DNA of 64,000 bases from a virus. Of the stretch, positions 35,708 through 46,000 are shown in pieces; position 1 is the first letter of the stretch, and every line of letters begins with the position of its first letter. The notes beneath the pieces were generated by a model. That model was given only the letters and a program-made list of their open reading frames with translations, was not told the origin of the DNA and made no database searches. The DNA is taken from IMG/VR virus record IMGVR_UViG_3300049846_002076, positions 1 through 64,000 of that record. The stretch is one strand, 5' to 3'. The translations under genes were made by a program, and so were the position numbers.

Positions 35708-38700
35708 TAGAGTTCGGCGTCAGCCGTCCAGTAGTAGACAAGGTAGCCACCGGCAGCGGTTCCATTTGCCGTGGCATAGCAGCGCCAGGAACGCTTTGTT
35801 GTGACGTTGGCAGTTGGGGCCGACGCAGGAAAATGACCGCTGTTTCCGGTGTAGTAGTAGGTCATCGTAGGCGCAGCACGCTTCGCAACAAGGAAAAATC
35901 CAATGCTGTAATACTGTCCACCGTTTGTGACATCGCCAGAAATCAGACCGTCCGAGTTGGTGCCATCGTGCTGCTCGTAGTAACGCTGGCAGCGGGCGGT
36001 GACCATCTCCACGTCGACAACATCAAACGGGGTCGCAACCGGGCCTGCTTCGAGCTGCACAAGCTGGATCTTGAAGTCGTTGGCAGTCGAGTCGAGGGCG
36101 TTGACCTGGTTAGCGGTTGCCAAGATCGCATTCGCCGCCCATGTGTCGCCCGTTCCCTGATAGGTGGTTCCCGCCATGAGCGTCCAACCGAGCCACAGAC
36201 CGATGCCGGTGTCGTAGAGCCAAGTCCCCGTCGTGTCGACCGGAATCGTGACCGTCTTCTTTTCCCACACGTTGCTGCTGCTGACGGTGTATTCCTTGAC
36301 GATCGTCCGGTTGGCGGCACTGTTGCGGAAGAAGACGCAATACACCCCGGTCTTCGTCGCTTTGACCCAGAAGGACAACGTGATGTCTCGAGTGACAGAC
36401 TGCCCGAATCCCAGGAACGCGCTGTCCAGACCCTCGACCTTGTAGGACAGAAAAGCATAGTCACCAGCGGCGAGCGAAGCGTCGGCTGTCGTGACGTCGA
36501 CATGGAGACAGTGAGTCGAATAGACCCCCGCCTGAACGACAGTCGGTGCGTCCGCTGTTTTTGCAATCGTGACCGCACCCGCGTTCGATGCGCCAAACTG
36601 CCAGCGGTCAGCGGTATATGCGCCATTCGCGGCGGCGGCAAAGCTCGTCCCACGCTGCCAGGGGTTCGTGGTGAAGTCGCCGCCGATGATCAGGTTGCGA
36701 CCAGCAACAGGCTCGGGGCCCGGAGTTGCGGAGACCCACTGCGACGACGTTCCGTCGTTGTAGTAGATGTAGAGGTTTCCGTTCTCGCTGTTCCACCACA
36801 GGGCGCCCGCTGCGGGGTTTCCCGGGGCGGTTGCCGACACGATGACTGCGTCGACGGGCGGAGCAAGCGACGCTGCAACCCACTGGTTCGACGTGCCATC
36901 CGAATACCAGACGTAGAGGTTGCCCTCCTCACTGTTCCACCAGAGGTCACCGGCAGCGGGAGAGCCGGGCGGTGTGGTCGAGGTCGTGACCGTCGCACCG
37001 CCAGCCGTTCCGAAGGGGCCGACCGTGACGCCGTTGATGCGAGCATACATGCCCGCGGTCGTTGTCCAGATGTCTCCATCAGCGGGCGTTGTCGGAGCGA
37101 CACCGTGCGTGATACGCACCGGGGCCAGCGCAGTCGTTCCTGCGGGCAGTGTGAGCTGTGCGGACGACGAGGGGGCGATCCCAAGGCCAGTCGTGCCGGC
37201 ATACTGGAAGAAGGCCGTCTCGAGAGCCCATCCCCACCCGTTTTCGCCGACGATCGCAACGTAGTTGCCACCACCGCTCTTCCAGCCCACGTAGCCACGG
37301 CGAGTCGCGTCAGGAGTGAAGAAGCCGATGTAGCCAGGGCGCGTTGCATCGCCATACTGCATCGAAATGCTGCCGTTCGAAGCAGAAATGATCGAGAGGT
37401 TGCCCGCAGTGACCGTTCCCGTAAACGTGGGCGATGCCAACGGGGCATAGGTCGCTGCCGCACTCGCAGATTTGAGGTAGCCCTGCCCGACCACATAGGC
37501 AGTCGTAGCGAGCTGCGTGGTGTTCGTGTCGACTGCGGCAGTCGGCGCAGCCGGGACACCAGTGAAAGTCGGGGAAGCGAGCAGCGCATACGAAGCGGCT
37601 GCAACACCGCCAAGCTGCGAAGCGTTCGACGCAGTGCCGGTGATTCCCCCGGTGACGATCAGCGCCCCGTCCGTCTTGAGCGTGCCCGCGGCACTCTGAT
37701 ACAGGTTCGCCGAAGTGCTCCCGAAGTAGATGCCGTTCGCTGCACCCGTCGCGGCGGGAAGCTGGATCTTGCCCGCGCTCGCGGTATCGGTCGTTGTGCC
37801 GACGAGCAGGTTGCCCGCGGCAGCCACGAGGTAGGAGGTGCCCGTTCCCGACAGGCGATTCTGGGCGGTTCCCGTGTTCGTCTTGACGTCGAAGTTGCCG
37901 AACAGGGCGTTGTTCGTCATGTATTTCGAGACGAACGGGAGCTCGAGTTCGGATGTCCAGCGGTCACACAGGTAGTTGAGCGCGGTGACCCAGACCAGGT
38001 TGGTGCCGTCGGTCTGGATCGTGAGTTCGATGTCGGTCAGGTAGTTGGCACCCGTGACCGCAAAGGCCATCACTTTGTAGCTGCCGATCGTCGAGATGTC
38101 GGTGGGCGCTGCCCAGGCAGTCCATGACCCGTTGTATTTGCCGCGGGCACTGATGGCGACGTAGGCGTTGTTCGTCGAGTAGAACGAGACGTAGAGCGTG
38201 CCCTGCGGATAGGTAATGCCCGCTGCAGGCACGCCCGACTGGTTCGCCATGCTGATGTTCATGACGTGCGTCGTGCTCGTCGTGAGCTGCACGGGGCCGT
38301 CGAACCCACCATCGAACAGTGCGGCGCTGCCCAGGTTGCCGGTCACGTTCGTAACCGTGAAGCGCTTGTCGGCGTGATAGAGGACGTCGCAGAGTTCGTT
38401 GAGACGAATCTGACGCTGCCCGAAGACCGGAATGATCGACGTGAAGTCGAGGTTGTTGATCTTGGTCGTGCCGGTAATCGTGGCACCGGCAGCCGTCAGG
38501 GTGCTCGATGCGGCAATCGTTGTTGCGCTGAGTCCGCCGACCAGGGTGAGGGCGCCTGCACCCGACAGGGTCGCAGCAAGCGTCGTGCCGCCATACCACC
38601 TGAACTGCGAAGCGGTCGTCGGGACAGAATTCCACAGTGTCGAGCCATCAATGCCGATCGCATAGTCGGCGCTCGAAGCGCCGATGTTCGGATACAACAT

Positions 38701-41700
38701 GACGCGAGTGCCGGCCGAACGGGTCGTAAACGACGGGGGCGCGACGCCGCTCGTCGTGTAGAGCAGGAACTTTCCACCACTGATGGTCTGGTCGTTCGTG
38801 AAGTTGTTCGCGCCTGCCAGGGTCGGGAAAGCCGTCGAGTCGAGACCATCGAGGAAGTCAGCATTGAGACCCGAACCAGAGCCACCCGTCAGGGAGTCGA
38901 GTTCGAATGCCGTCATCGAGGCAATCCACCACACCAGGTTCACGCCCGGGCTCGGGGCCGGCGAACCCGTCACGTAGATGTGACCGGAGCTCGAGAACGA
39001 GCCGCTATCGCCAGATTCGACCACCCGAATGTAGGTTTCCCACTTGCCTGTTCCTGCGTCGCTGGTAAGGAAGTAGTTCGCGCCGTTCGTGCCGACCGAG
39101 TTGCTGGCGTAGACGAACTTGTAACCCGCCGGGAGCTTCGCTCGGAACATCTGCACGAAGCGCTTGTTCAGGGCGGAGTTGACAATTTGCATCACTCCAC
39201 CGAACCCCGGGGTTGCCGTGTTGTCGGTGTGGCGCACCTCAAGGCAGTAGCCGGTCGAATTGGGCACTCCCGAGATCGCGTTCGTGCGCGTGACCGTAAC
39301 CACGCCGTTGCCAGCGTTGTTGTAGGCAGCGACCGAGTTGACGCCCGTGGCGAATTCTTCGTCGTTGAAGAGGCGCTTGCCCTGGCGCATGGCGTAGAAC
39401 ATCGGGTGCGGATTGCCAACCGCCGTGTTCGTCTCGTTCAGCCAGCCCATCCAGGCATAGATGTCGGGCGTGCCGATCGACCATTCCTGGCGAGCCCCAC
39501 CGTCCCGGATCGTCACGGTGAAGAAGTTGCGCCCGTTCGACTCGTAGAACTGGTCGGAGGGTTTCCCGCCCATGAACTGCGCCGCAGCGGGGAAGGTGAT
39601 CGTCTGCCCCTGCTGACGGAAGCCATTGATCATCTCGATGACGATCGTTTGGGTCTTTCCAGCCGCGGCGATTCCCGAGAGCGCGATCGTGAAGCTCGAA
39701 GACTGGGCCGGCGCCGTGAATGCGACGTGACCGTATTTGTCGACTTCGATCGTGACTGTGCCGCCACCGGCGACAGCCCCGTAGTCGTTGAAGCGCTCGA
39801 GCACGCGCCAACCATCGAGCACGCCAGCAGCGGTCACGCTCGTCGGGGTGATGTTGCCAAGCCCGAGGGTGATCTGCGGGGTCGTCGTGGGGTTGGCAAC
39901 GCTCTGCGTGATCCCGTTGTTCGCAGTGACGCCGACCGTCGTGACTGTGCCGCCACCCACCGTGACGTTGAGGGCGCCACCCGAGAACTGCAGCCCGGTT
40001 CCGAGCGTGATCGTTTCGACGTTGCCGGTGCCCGCGGTCGAGCGTCCGAGCAGCACGCCAGTCGCCACCTGGGCCATGTGCGAGAGCGCAACCGCGTTCG
40101 CGGTGATCGAGGTCGCATTGCCGACAGACGTCACGGGGCCAGTGAGGTTGGCGTTCGTCGTGACGGTCGCGGCATTGCCCGTGATGTTGCCCGTGAGCGT
40201 TCCGGTGACGTTCCCGACGAGGTTGCCAGTGAAGGTCGTCGCTGTGACCGCGGTGAGGCCGGCGAGGGACGTCGAGGTGCCACCCAGGGAGATCGCGGTC
40301 GTGCCGATCGTCACGTTGCTGTTGACGAGGGCCGCGTTCGGGATCGAGGTCAGCGCTGCACCGGAGCCTGAGAAGGCGCCCGAAAACGTGGTCGCTGTGA
40401 GCGTGCCGGTGCTCGGGACAAACGAGAGCTTGGTCGACGAAATCTTCTGGGCCTGGTTGCCGGATGCCCCCGCGGCCCACAGCGGGTAGACTGCAGTCGC
40501 GGTTGCGTTGTCGTCGGTGACCGGGTTCGTTCCCGTGACCGACACAGCCCCGCCAGAGATGCTCAGACCAGTTCCGAGCGTGAGCACCTCGATGTTGCCC
40601 GTCCCCGCAGTGGAGCGCCCCAGAAGCGTGCTGGTGGCGACCTGGAAGAGTTTTGCGGCCGTCAGGGAGTTCGCGGGAATGGTCGTCGCATTGCCGACCG
40701 AGGTCACATCCCCGGTAAGGTTCGAGACACCCGAGAACGCCCATTCCTGGCGCGTGCCGCCATCGCGGAAGGTCACCGTGAAGAAGTTGCGCCCGCTCGA
40801 GGCCAGGGCGTTGTTCGGCGGGGGCAGACCGCCCGCCATCCAGTAGGCGTTGACCGGGTAGTTGATCGTGCCGCTACCGGCCCGCTGGCCGTTGATCATC
40901 TCGATCAGGACGGTCTGCGACTTCCCGGAAGCGGGGATGCCACTCAGGGCGATTGTGAAGTTGGCGGTCGTGTCGACGGGGGCAGTGAAGGCAGCATGCC
41001 CATACTTGTCGACTTCGATGGTGACGATCCCGTTCGACGCCAGGGTGCCGTAGTCGTGGAACGCTTCGGTGATTCGGGAGGCGTCGATCTTGTCTGCGGT
41101 CACCGTCCCAGTGAAGGTGGGGCTCGCCGCACCCACGAACGCCGCCGGAGTCAACCCGCGCCACGTGTCTGCGTCGAGCCCCGAGCCAGTGCCATCGTTC
41201 TCGGAGTGCCAGATTTTCGATGCGGCGTTCGCCCCCATTGTCGTGAGGTCGAGATAGCCGCCACGGAATGTGCCCGCACCTTCCCAGAAGCGAACCCTGT
41301 TGTTATTGACGTCGAAGTAGACGTTTCCTGCGAGCGTCGTGCCCCCGTTGCTCGCCTTCTGAAGGATGATCTGTCCACCCTCACCAGTCGCAGCATTTTC
41401 CGCGTTGACGGTCAGGGCGTCGGTCGTCAGGGAGGTCGCAATCGAAGCCCCAAGCTCCGCGGTCGCGAAGTAGCCCTTGCGAACCCGCTTCGAGCTCGAG
41501 CCGACGTCGTAGGAATTGTCGACCCCGGGGATGAGCTGCCCAGTCGAGTCGACCGACCAGCGCAGAAGGGCATTGGTGAGGATCTCGAAGTCCGACAGCC
41601 CGGTCGTGCCGACCTTGAGCTTGCGGGTGGCGCCGGCGCCGGCCTGAGTGGTGTAGAGGTAGCCCTCGGTGTCGTTGGAACCAACCGAGATGCGTTCTTG

Positions 41701-42777
41701 GTCGACTCCACCCACCCCGTCGTAGCGGTTGTAGAGCCGAAACTCCTGGTTCACGTTGCCGTCGCGCTGCCCCAGAACGCCCGAAGACTCGTTGATCAGC
41801 TTGACGAGGCTATTGAGAATGATTCCGTTTGCGTCGATCTGCAGGCGGGTGTTCGCCCCGTCGATGAACCGCCACTTGTCGACCGTGCCGGCCGCCCTGA
41901 CGAAGTCCCAGGAGGTGTTCGCCTGGTTCAGGGCGATGTAGTCGGATGCGCCGGAGAGCTGCCATTTCGTGCCCCATTCGTCCGCCTGGATGATCTGGAC
42001 GCCCGTTTGCATCGTCAGCGGGCCGGTCATGACCGCGCCCGCCGGGTTCATCGGCGTGTAGCCCAAAGCGGACGTCACGTCGCCCGAGATGAGCGCCCGC
42101 CAGACATTCGTGCCGGTCAGGAAGGTTGCCGAAGTCGCTGTCCCCGACCCCAGGCGAGCGGTCGCGACAGTCCCGGCGTTCAGGTTCGAGGCGTTCTGGT
42201 AGTAGGCGCCCTGTTGGCCGTCGAGCAGGTCGGCATCGAGTGTCGATCCCGCCCCATCGTTCCCCACATGCCAGGGCGTGTATCCGAGCGCCGCGGTGAC
42301 GTCTCCCGAGGTCAGCTCTCCCCGGATCGTCGCCGAGCTCTTGTTTTCGACGTTGCCGATTCCGAGGTTCGTGCGGGCTGTCGCGGCGTTCTGCAGGTCG
42401 GACAGGTTCGAAGCCTTCTGGAGGGCATACCCCGCCCCGACCGAAGCGAGAAGCGCCTGGAGCTTCTTCAGGGCTTCGCTGACGATGCTCGCGGTGTGAA
42501 CGTCCCCGGGATAGATCAGCGGGATGCCATCGGGCACCGTGTAGTCGGAGACGACCGTGATGGTCTTGGTCGCGGTGGTGCCCGCATAGGGGGCGGTGAG
42601 GGTGATCGTGGTATCGGGGTAGAGGAACGTCGGGGTCGCCGCCACGTAATACGGCATCGACTCCCCTTCGACATAGAGCAGATACCCCGCGGAAATGTAA
42701 GTCCGCAGGTCTTCGTTCGGGACGACGACCTGGCTGGACGCATTTACGAGTGAAGCGGGGTAGACGAGCTGTGCCAT
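35707..42777 (-). CDS. Giant mosaic tail fibre (2356 aa)
   Basis: ARTNLG, GSGLDAD.LDG, ASPTFTG.P.APT fibre motifs; internal duplications; downstream of tail tip. Confidence 0.9.
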   Translation of the reverse strand: MAQLVYPASLVNASSQVVVPNEDLRTYISAGYLLYVEGESMPYYVAATPTFLYPDTTITLTAPYAGTTATKTITVVSDYTVPDGIPLIYPGDVHTASIVSEALKKLQALLASVGAGYALQKASNLSDLQNAATARTNLGIGNVENKSSATIRGELTSGDVTAALGYTPWHVGNDGAGSTLDADLLDGQQGAYYQNASNLNAGTVATARLGSGTATSATFLTGTNVWRALISGDVTSALGYTPMNPAGAVMTGPLTMQTGVQIIQADEWGTKWQLSGASDYIALNQANTSWDFVRAAGTVDKWRFIDGANTRLQIDANGIILNSLVKLINESSGVLGQRDGNVNQEFRLYNRYDGVGGVDQERISVGSNDTEGYLYTTQAGAGATRKLKVGTTGLSDFEILTNALLRWSVDSTGQLIPGVDNSYDVGSSSKRVRKGYFATAELGASIATSLTTDALTVNAENAATGEGGQIILQKASNGGTTLAGNVYFDVNNNRVRFWEGAGTFRGGYLDLTTMGANAASKIWHSENDGTGSGLDADTWRGLTPAAFVGAASPTFTGTVTADKIDASRITEAFHDYGTLASNGIVTIEVDKYGHAAFTAPVDTTANFTIALSGIPASGKSQTVLIEMINGQRAGSGTINYPVNAYWMAGGLPPPNNALASSGRNFFTVTFRDGGTRQEWAFSGVSNLTGDVTSVGNATTIPANSLTAAKLFQVATSTLLGRSTAGTGNIEVLTLGTGLSISGGAVSVTGTNPVTDDNATATAVYPLWAAGASGNQAQKISSTKLSFVPSTGTLTATTFSGAFSGSGAALTSIPNAALVNSNVTIGTTAISLGGTSTSLAGLTAVTATTFTGNLVGNVTGTLTGNITGNAATVTTNANLTGPVTSVGNATSITANAVALSHMAQVATGVLLGRSTAGTGNVETITLGTGLQFSGGALNVTVGGGTVTTVGVTANNGITQSVANPTTTPQITLGLGNITPTSVTAAGVLDGWRVLERFNDYGAVAGGGTVTIEVDKYGHVAFTAPAQSSSFTIALSGIAAAGKTQTIVIEMINGFRQQGQTITFPAAAQFMGGKPSDQFYESNGRNFFTVTIRDGGARQEWSIGTPDIYAWMGWLNETNTAVGNPHPMFYAMRQGKRLFNDEEFATGVNSVAAYNNAGNGVVTVTRTNAISGVPNSTGYCLEVRHTDNTATPGFGGVMQIVNSALNKRFVQMFRAKLPAGYKFVYASNSVGTNGANYFLTSDAGTGKWETYIRVVESGDSGSFSSSGHIYVTGSPAPSPGVNLVWWIASMTAFELDSLTGGSGSGLNADFLDGLDSTAFPTLAGANNFTNDQTISGGKFLLYTTSGVAPPSFTTRSAGTRVMLYPNIGASSADYAIGIDGSTLWNSVPTTASQFRWYGGTTLAATLSGAGALTLVGGLSATTIAASSTLTAAGATITGTTKINNLDFTSIIPVFGQRQIRLNELCDVLYHADKRFTVTNVTGNLGSAALFDGGFDGPVQLTTSTTHVMNISMANQSGVPAAGITYPQGTLYVSFYSTNNAYVAISARGKYNGSWTAWAAPTDISTIGSYKVMAFAVTGANYLTDIELTIQTDGTNLVWVTALNYLCDRWTSELELPFVSKYMTNNALFGNFDVKTNTGTAQNRLSGTGTSYLVAAAGNLLVGTTTDTASAGKIQLPAATGAANGIYFGSTSANLYQSAAGTLKTDGALIVTGGITGTASNASQLGGVAAASYALLASPTFTGVPAAPTAAVDTNTTQLATTAYVVGQGYLKSASAAATYAPLASPTFTGTVTAGNLSIISASNGSISMQYGDATRPGYIGFFTPDATRRGYVGWKSGGGNYVAIVGENGWGWALETAFFQYAGTTGLGIAPSSSAQLTLPAGTTALAPVRITHGVAPTTPADGDIWTTTAGMYARINGVTVGPFGTAGGATVTTSTTPPGSPAAGDLWWNSEEGNLYVWYSDGTSNQWVAASLAPPVDAVIVSATAPGNPAAGALWWNSENGNLYIYYNDGTSSQWVSATPGPEPVAGRNLIIGGDFTTNPWQRGTSFAAAANGAYTADRWQFGASNAGAVTIAKTADAPTVVQAGVYSTHCLHVDVTTADASLAAGDYAFLSYKVEGLDSAFLGFGQSVTRDITLSFWVKATKTGVYCVFFRNSAANRTIVKEYTVSSSNVWEKKTVTIPVDTTGTWLYDTGIGLWLGWTLMAGTTYQGTGDTWAANAILATANQVNALDSTANDFKIQLVQLEAGPVATPFDVVDVEMVTARCQRYYEQHDGTNSDGLISGDVTNGGQYYSIGFFLVAKRAAPTMTYYYTGNSGHFPASAPTANVTTKRSWRCYATANGTAAGGYLVYYWTADAEL

Positions 42778-42783
42778 GCCGCG

Positions 42784-42807
42784 ATTTTACCTCAGTCAGT
42801 GGTGACT
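42784..42807 (-). promoter_or_regulatory. Perfect operator AGTCA-GTGG-TGACT upstream of TAAAAT -10
   Basis: Palindrome at 42794-42807; -10 at 42789-42784. Confidence 0.8.
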
Positions 42808-42817
42808 GCCTACTGTC

Positions 42818-43054
42818 CTAGAAAAGGGCGGGCTGAACGTCCTTCGTGTCGACGACTTCGCCGTTGATGAGATGGAAGTCCTTGAATCTCTTGCGCCATT
42901 CCCAGAATTGCTCGGCGGTCACCTCCACCAGGGTGTTGTTCGGGAAATTGGCGGCCACGAACCCCGCAAGGTCGGACTCGGGCAACTGCATCATCATGAC
43001 TGCCTCACCCGAGGGGTCGAAGGAGATCCATTGCTTCATCACGATAGTGGACAT
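42818..43054 (-). CDS. Hypothetical protein following tail tip
   Basis: 78-aa ORF 2 nt after the J-like stop. Confidence 0.65.
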   Translation of the reverse strand: MSTIVMKQWISFDPSGEAVMMMQLPESDLAGFVAANFPNNTLVEVTAEQFWEWRKRFKDFHLINGEVVDTKDVQPALF

Positions 43055-43056
43055 GG

Positions 43057-46000
43057 TCAGAACCAGTAGATGTCGACGTTGCCGCCGCTCGAGAAGTCGA
43101 GACGAACGGTGATGCCGGTTGAGGAAAGGGAGTTGATTGCGGCACTGCCGGCCGACGAGACGACCGTGACAACCGGCGCGGTGGTGCGGCTTTCACCCCA
43201 GTTGTGAGTCGCGGTGCCGTTGTTCGGGACATAGACCGTCGTCGATTTCCATCCACGAAGCACGAGCTTGTCGAATTCGGCGGTTCCGTTCTTCTGAATG
43301 CGCCATCCCGCGACACCGGCCTCGAAGTTGTCCGACTTGATTTCGTTCCCGATCTTGGCATTGGTGATCGTCGCATCCCCGATCAGCGCTCCATCGACGA
43401 CGATGCGGGCCAGGCCATTCACCATGCCGACCGTGAAGGGCTTCGCGGTCGGATAGCTCGGGAAGCGAATCGAGAACTTGTCGGCGAGCACCTCGAATTC
43501 AGACGAGAAGCGGAAGAGCCCCGTCGCGGGGTCTTGCACCCCAGTGCTCGCCAGGCCGAAGCCGGTGACGTAGCCGTTGTTGTCGATCTTGACCGTGTAT
43601 TGGCCCTCGATTCCGTCGATGGTGGTCTGCATCGTCTGAATCGAGGTCGTATGCGAGGTGATGCGGTCGTCGGCCGAAGCTACCCAGGCAGTTCCATTCC
43701 AGCGATATGCGCGGTTGCCATCGAGGGTGTCGAACCACAGATCGCTCACCCGCAGCGTGTAGGACGCATCGCTGGCGGGGGCGCTCGATTGATGGAACAC
43801 ACGGTTTCCCGAGAGCAGGGCATTTTCAGCCGTCGCAAGCCAGGTCGCGCCATTCCACATATAGCGCTTGTTGTTGTTGTCGGTCTCGATCCACACGTCG
43901 TTGACGACGAGCGTGTAATTCGAGTCGCTCACGGGCGCCGCGTTCTGGAAGAATGTCCGGTTCTTGAGGTCGACCTTGCTTGTCAGGGTCGTGATCGAGG
44001 TTGCCTGCGAAGTGTCCGCCGCAGCGCGAACGCTCTGTTCGGTCGAGATCGCCGCCTGGGCATTGGCGACCGAGACCGACAGCGAATCGAGAATCGAGGC
44101 AGTCCCACCTTGCGAGGTGAGGTTCGCCATGATCGCTTCTTGGGCCGCTGCCGAACCCACGCCCGCGAGCGCGGCATAGACCGTGTCGGTCTTGGCGGCC
44201 TGGGAACTGTCGGCATTCTGTCTCGCGGTCTGCTCCGAGAGCACCGCGGCCTGACGAGCGTTCGCCTCACCCAGAATGCGGGCGTTGACCGAGTTCGGCA
44301 TGTCGCCGTCGACGAGGTCAATGCGCGAGCGCAGCAGGGCATCGAGCTTGTCGACCCCGACGATACCGTCGGCGATCGCGTTGATGTCCATGAACGTCGT
44401 CTTGAAGCTGATCGGCTGCGTGAAGTTGAGACCCGTCTTGCCGAAGGTGTCGTAGGCCGCGGCCTTGACCCAGTAAACCGTGTCGGCACCGAGCTTGTTC
44501 AGGATGATCGACGTGTTGGGGCCGTCGTATGCGAGCGTCTCCGGGGTCTCGGGAATGTTCGAGTTCTGCGAGACATAGAGAAGCACGCCATCGAAGTCGG
44601 GATCGGTCGGGCGGTTGTAGATGACCTCCGCAGTCTCGAAGGAGACGTTCTTCACCTTCAGACCATAGAGCCAGGGCGGCGGATTGTAGGCGGTTGCAAA
44701 CGCGATCGGGCCAGGTGCCCCGATCTTCGGACGCACCCGCACCTCGAACTTGAGATGACGCTTCAGGCCGTCTGCCTGGTTCATCTCGTAGGTGTAGGTG
44801 AATGCGGGCCGTGTCGTGTATTCGGTGCGCTTGTAGACCCACGTTTGGGCGTTCGGCGATCCGACGTTGACGTTGTGGTAGACCTTGACCTCGTAGTCGA
44901 GGATCGACGGATCGAGCGAGCCCGAGTCGGCACCGTAGGGCTCGCTGCCGATCTCGTAGCTGTTGTTTCTCGAGTTGTAGCGCCAGTAGAGCTTGCAGTC
45001 GCGACCGCTCCAGATGATGTTCAGGCCGGTAACGGGCGGCGTCTGCGGGGGCGTTGTCGATGTCCCGGTGACGGTGTAGGTCAGTGTCGGCGCAGTGTCG
45101 AAGTTCGCACGCTTGTCGAACATATCGAAGGCGACGACCTTGAACTTGACGACGGAGCCGACGTCGGCATCCATCGAATAGCGCGGAGCTCCCACCGCCT
45201 CTGTCACCTTCTTCATCGGATCGTTGTTGACCGAGACGTAGACGTCGGCACCCTTGTAGATGCCGTATTGAGGCGGGCTCCAGGCGAGCGTGATGCGATT
45301 CTTCACCTGGGCGCCGGAGATGTAGACCTCCTCGTAGACCGAGAGGTTCTGCACATGCGACAGGGCGTAGCCGGGGTTCGTCGGGCCGCCCGGGGGAACG
45401 ATGCCGCCGGGGCCGGTATAGCCCGAGACGTTGTAGACCGCCTCGTCGTATTGGACGCAGGTGACGTGACGCTTCAGGTCGTCGGAGCCCGCGGTGATGT
45501 TCTTCACCCGGAACTTGCGCTTCACCTTCGTGACCGGGCCGATCATCCAGTGCGAGTATTCGGCAGGGGCTCCTGGGGCGAGGGGTGCGGTCAGGGTCAC
45601 GCTGCTCACAGTGGCGACCGGGTTGACCACATCGGCTTCGACAATGACGTCGGTATCGTAGAAGGTCGCAACCTGACCGTTCGAGATACCGCTGACGTCG
45701 TCCACCCAGATGTAGTTCGTGCTGGCGCTGCGCTGTGCGGCACGTTCGACACCGTTGATCGAGACGCGCTTGAAGTTGCCGGCGGGCAGCGAAGAGAAGC
45801 CGACGTATTTCTCGGTTGTGTTCACCGAGGTCACTGTCGCTGATCCGACCTGCACCGAGGGGTAAATCACCAGGGCCTTGTAGGATCCCGCGGGGAAGGT
45901 GATCGGGCGATCGAGCTGCAGCACCGAAGAGGTCGAGCCCGCAGCCAGGCGACCCGACCATTCCCAGTTCGGCATATCGTGTTGAATGTAGATCAGGGAG

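Noticed and set aside
34592-36700. Diversity-generating retroelement TR/VR pair
   Set aside because: Both copies are coding, differences are not adenine-restricted, and no reverse transcriptase is in the window
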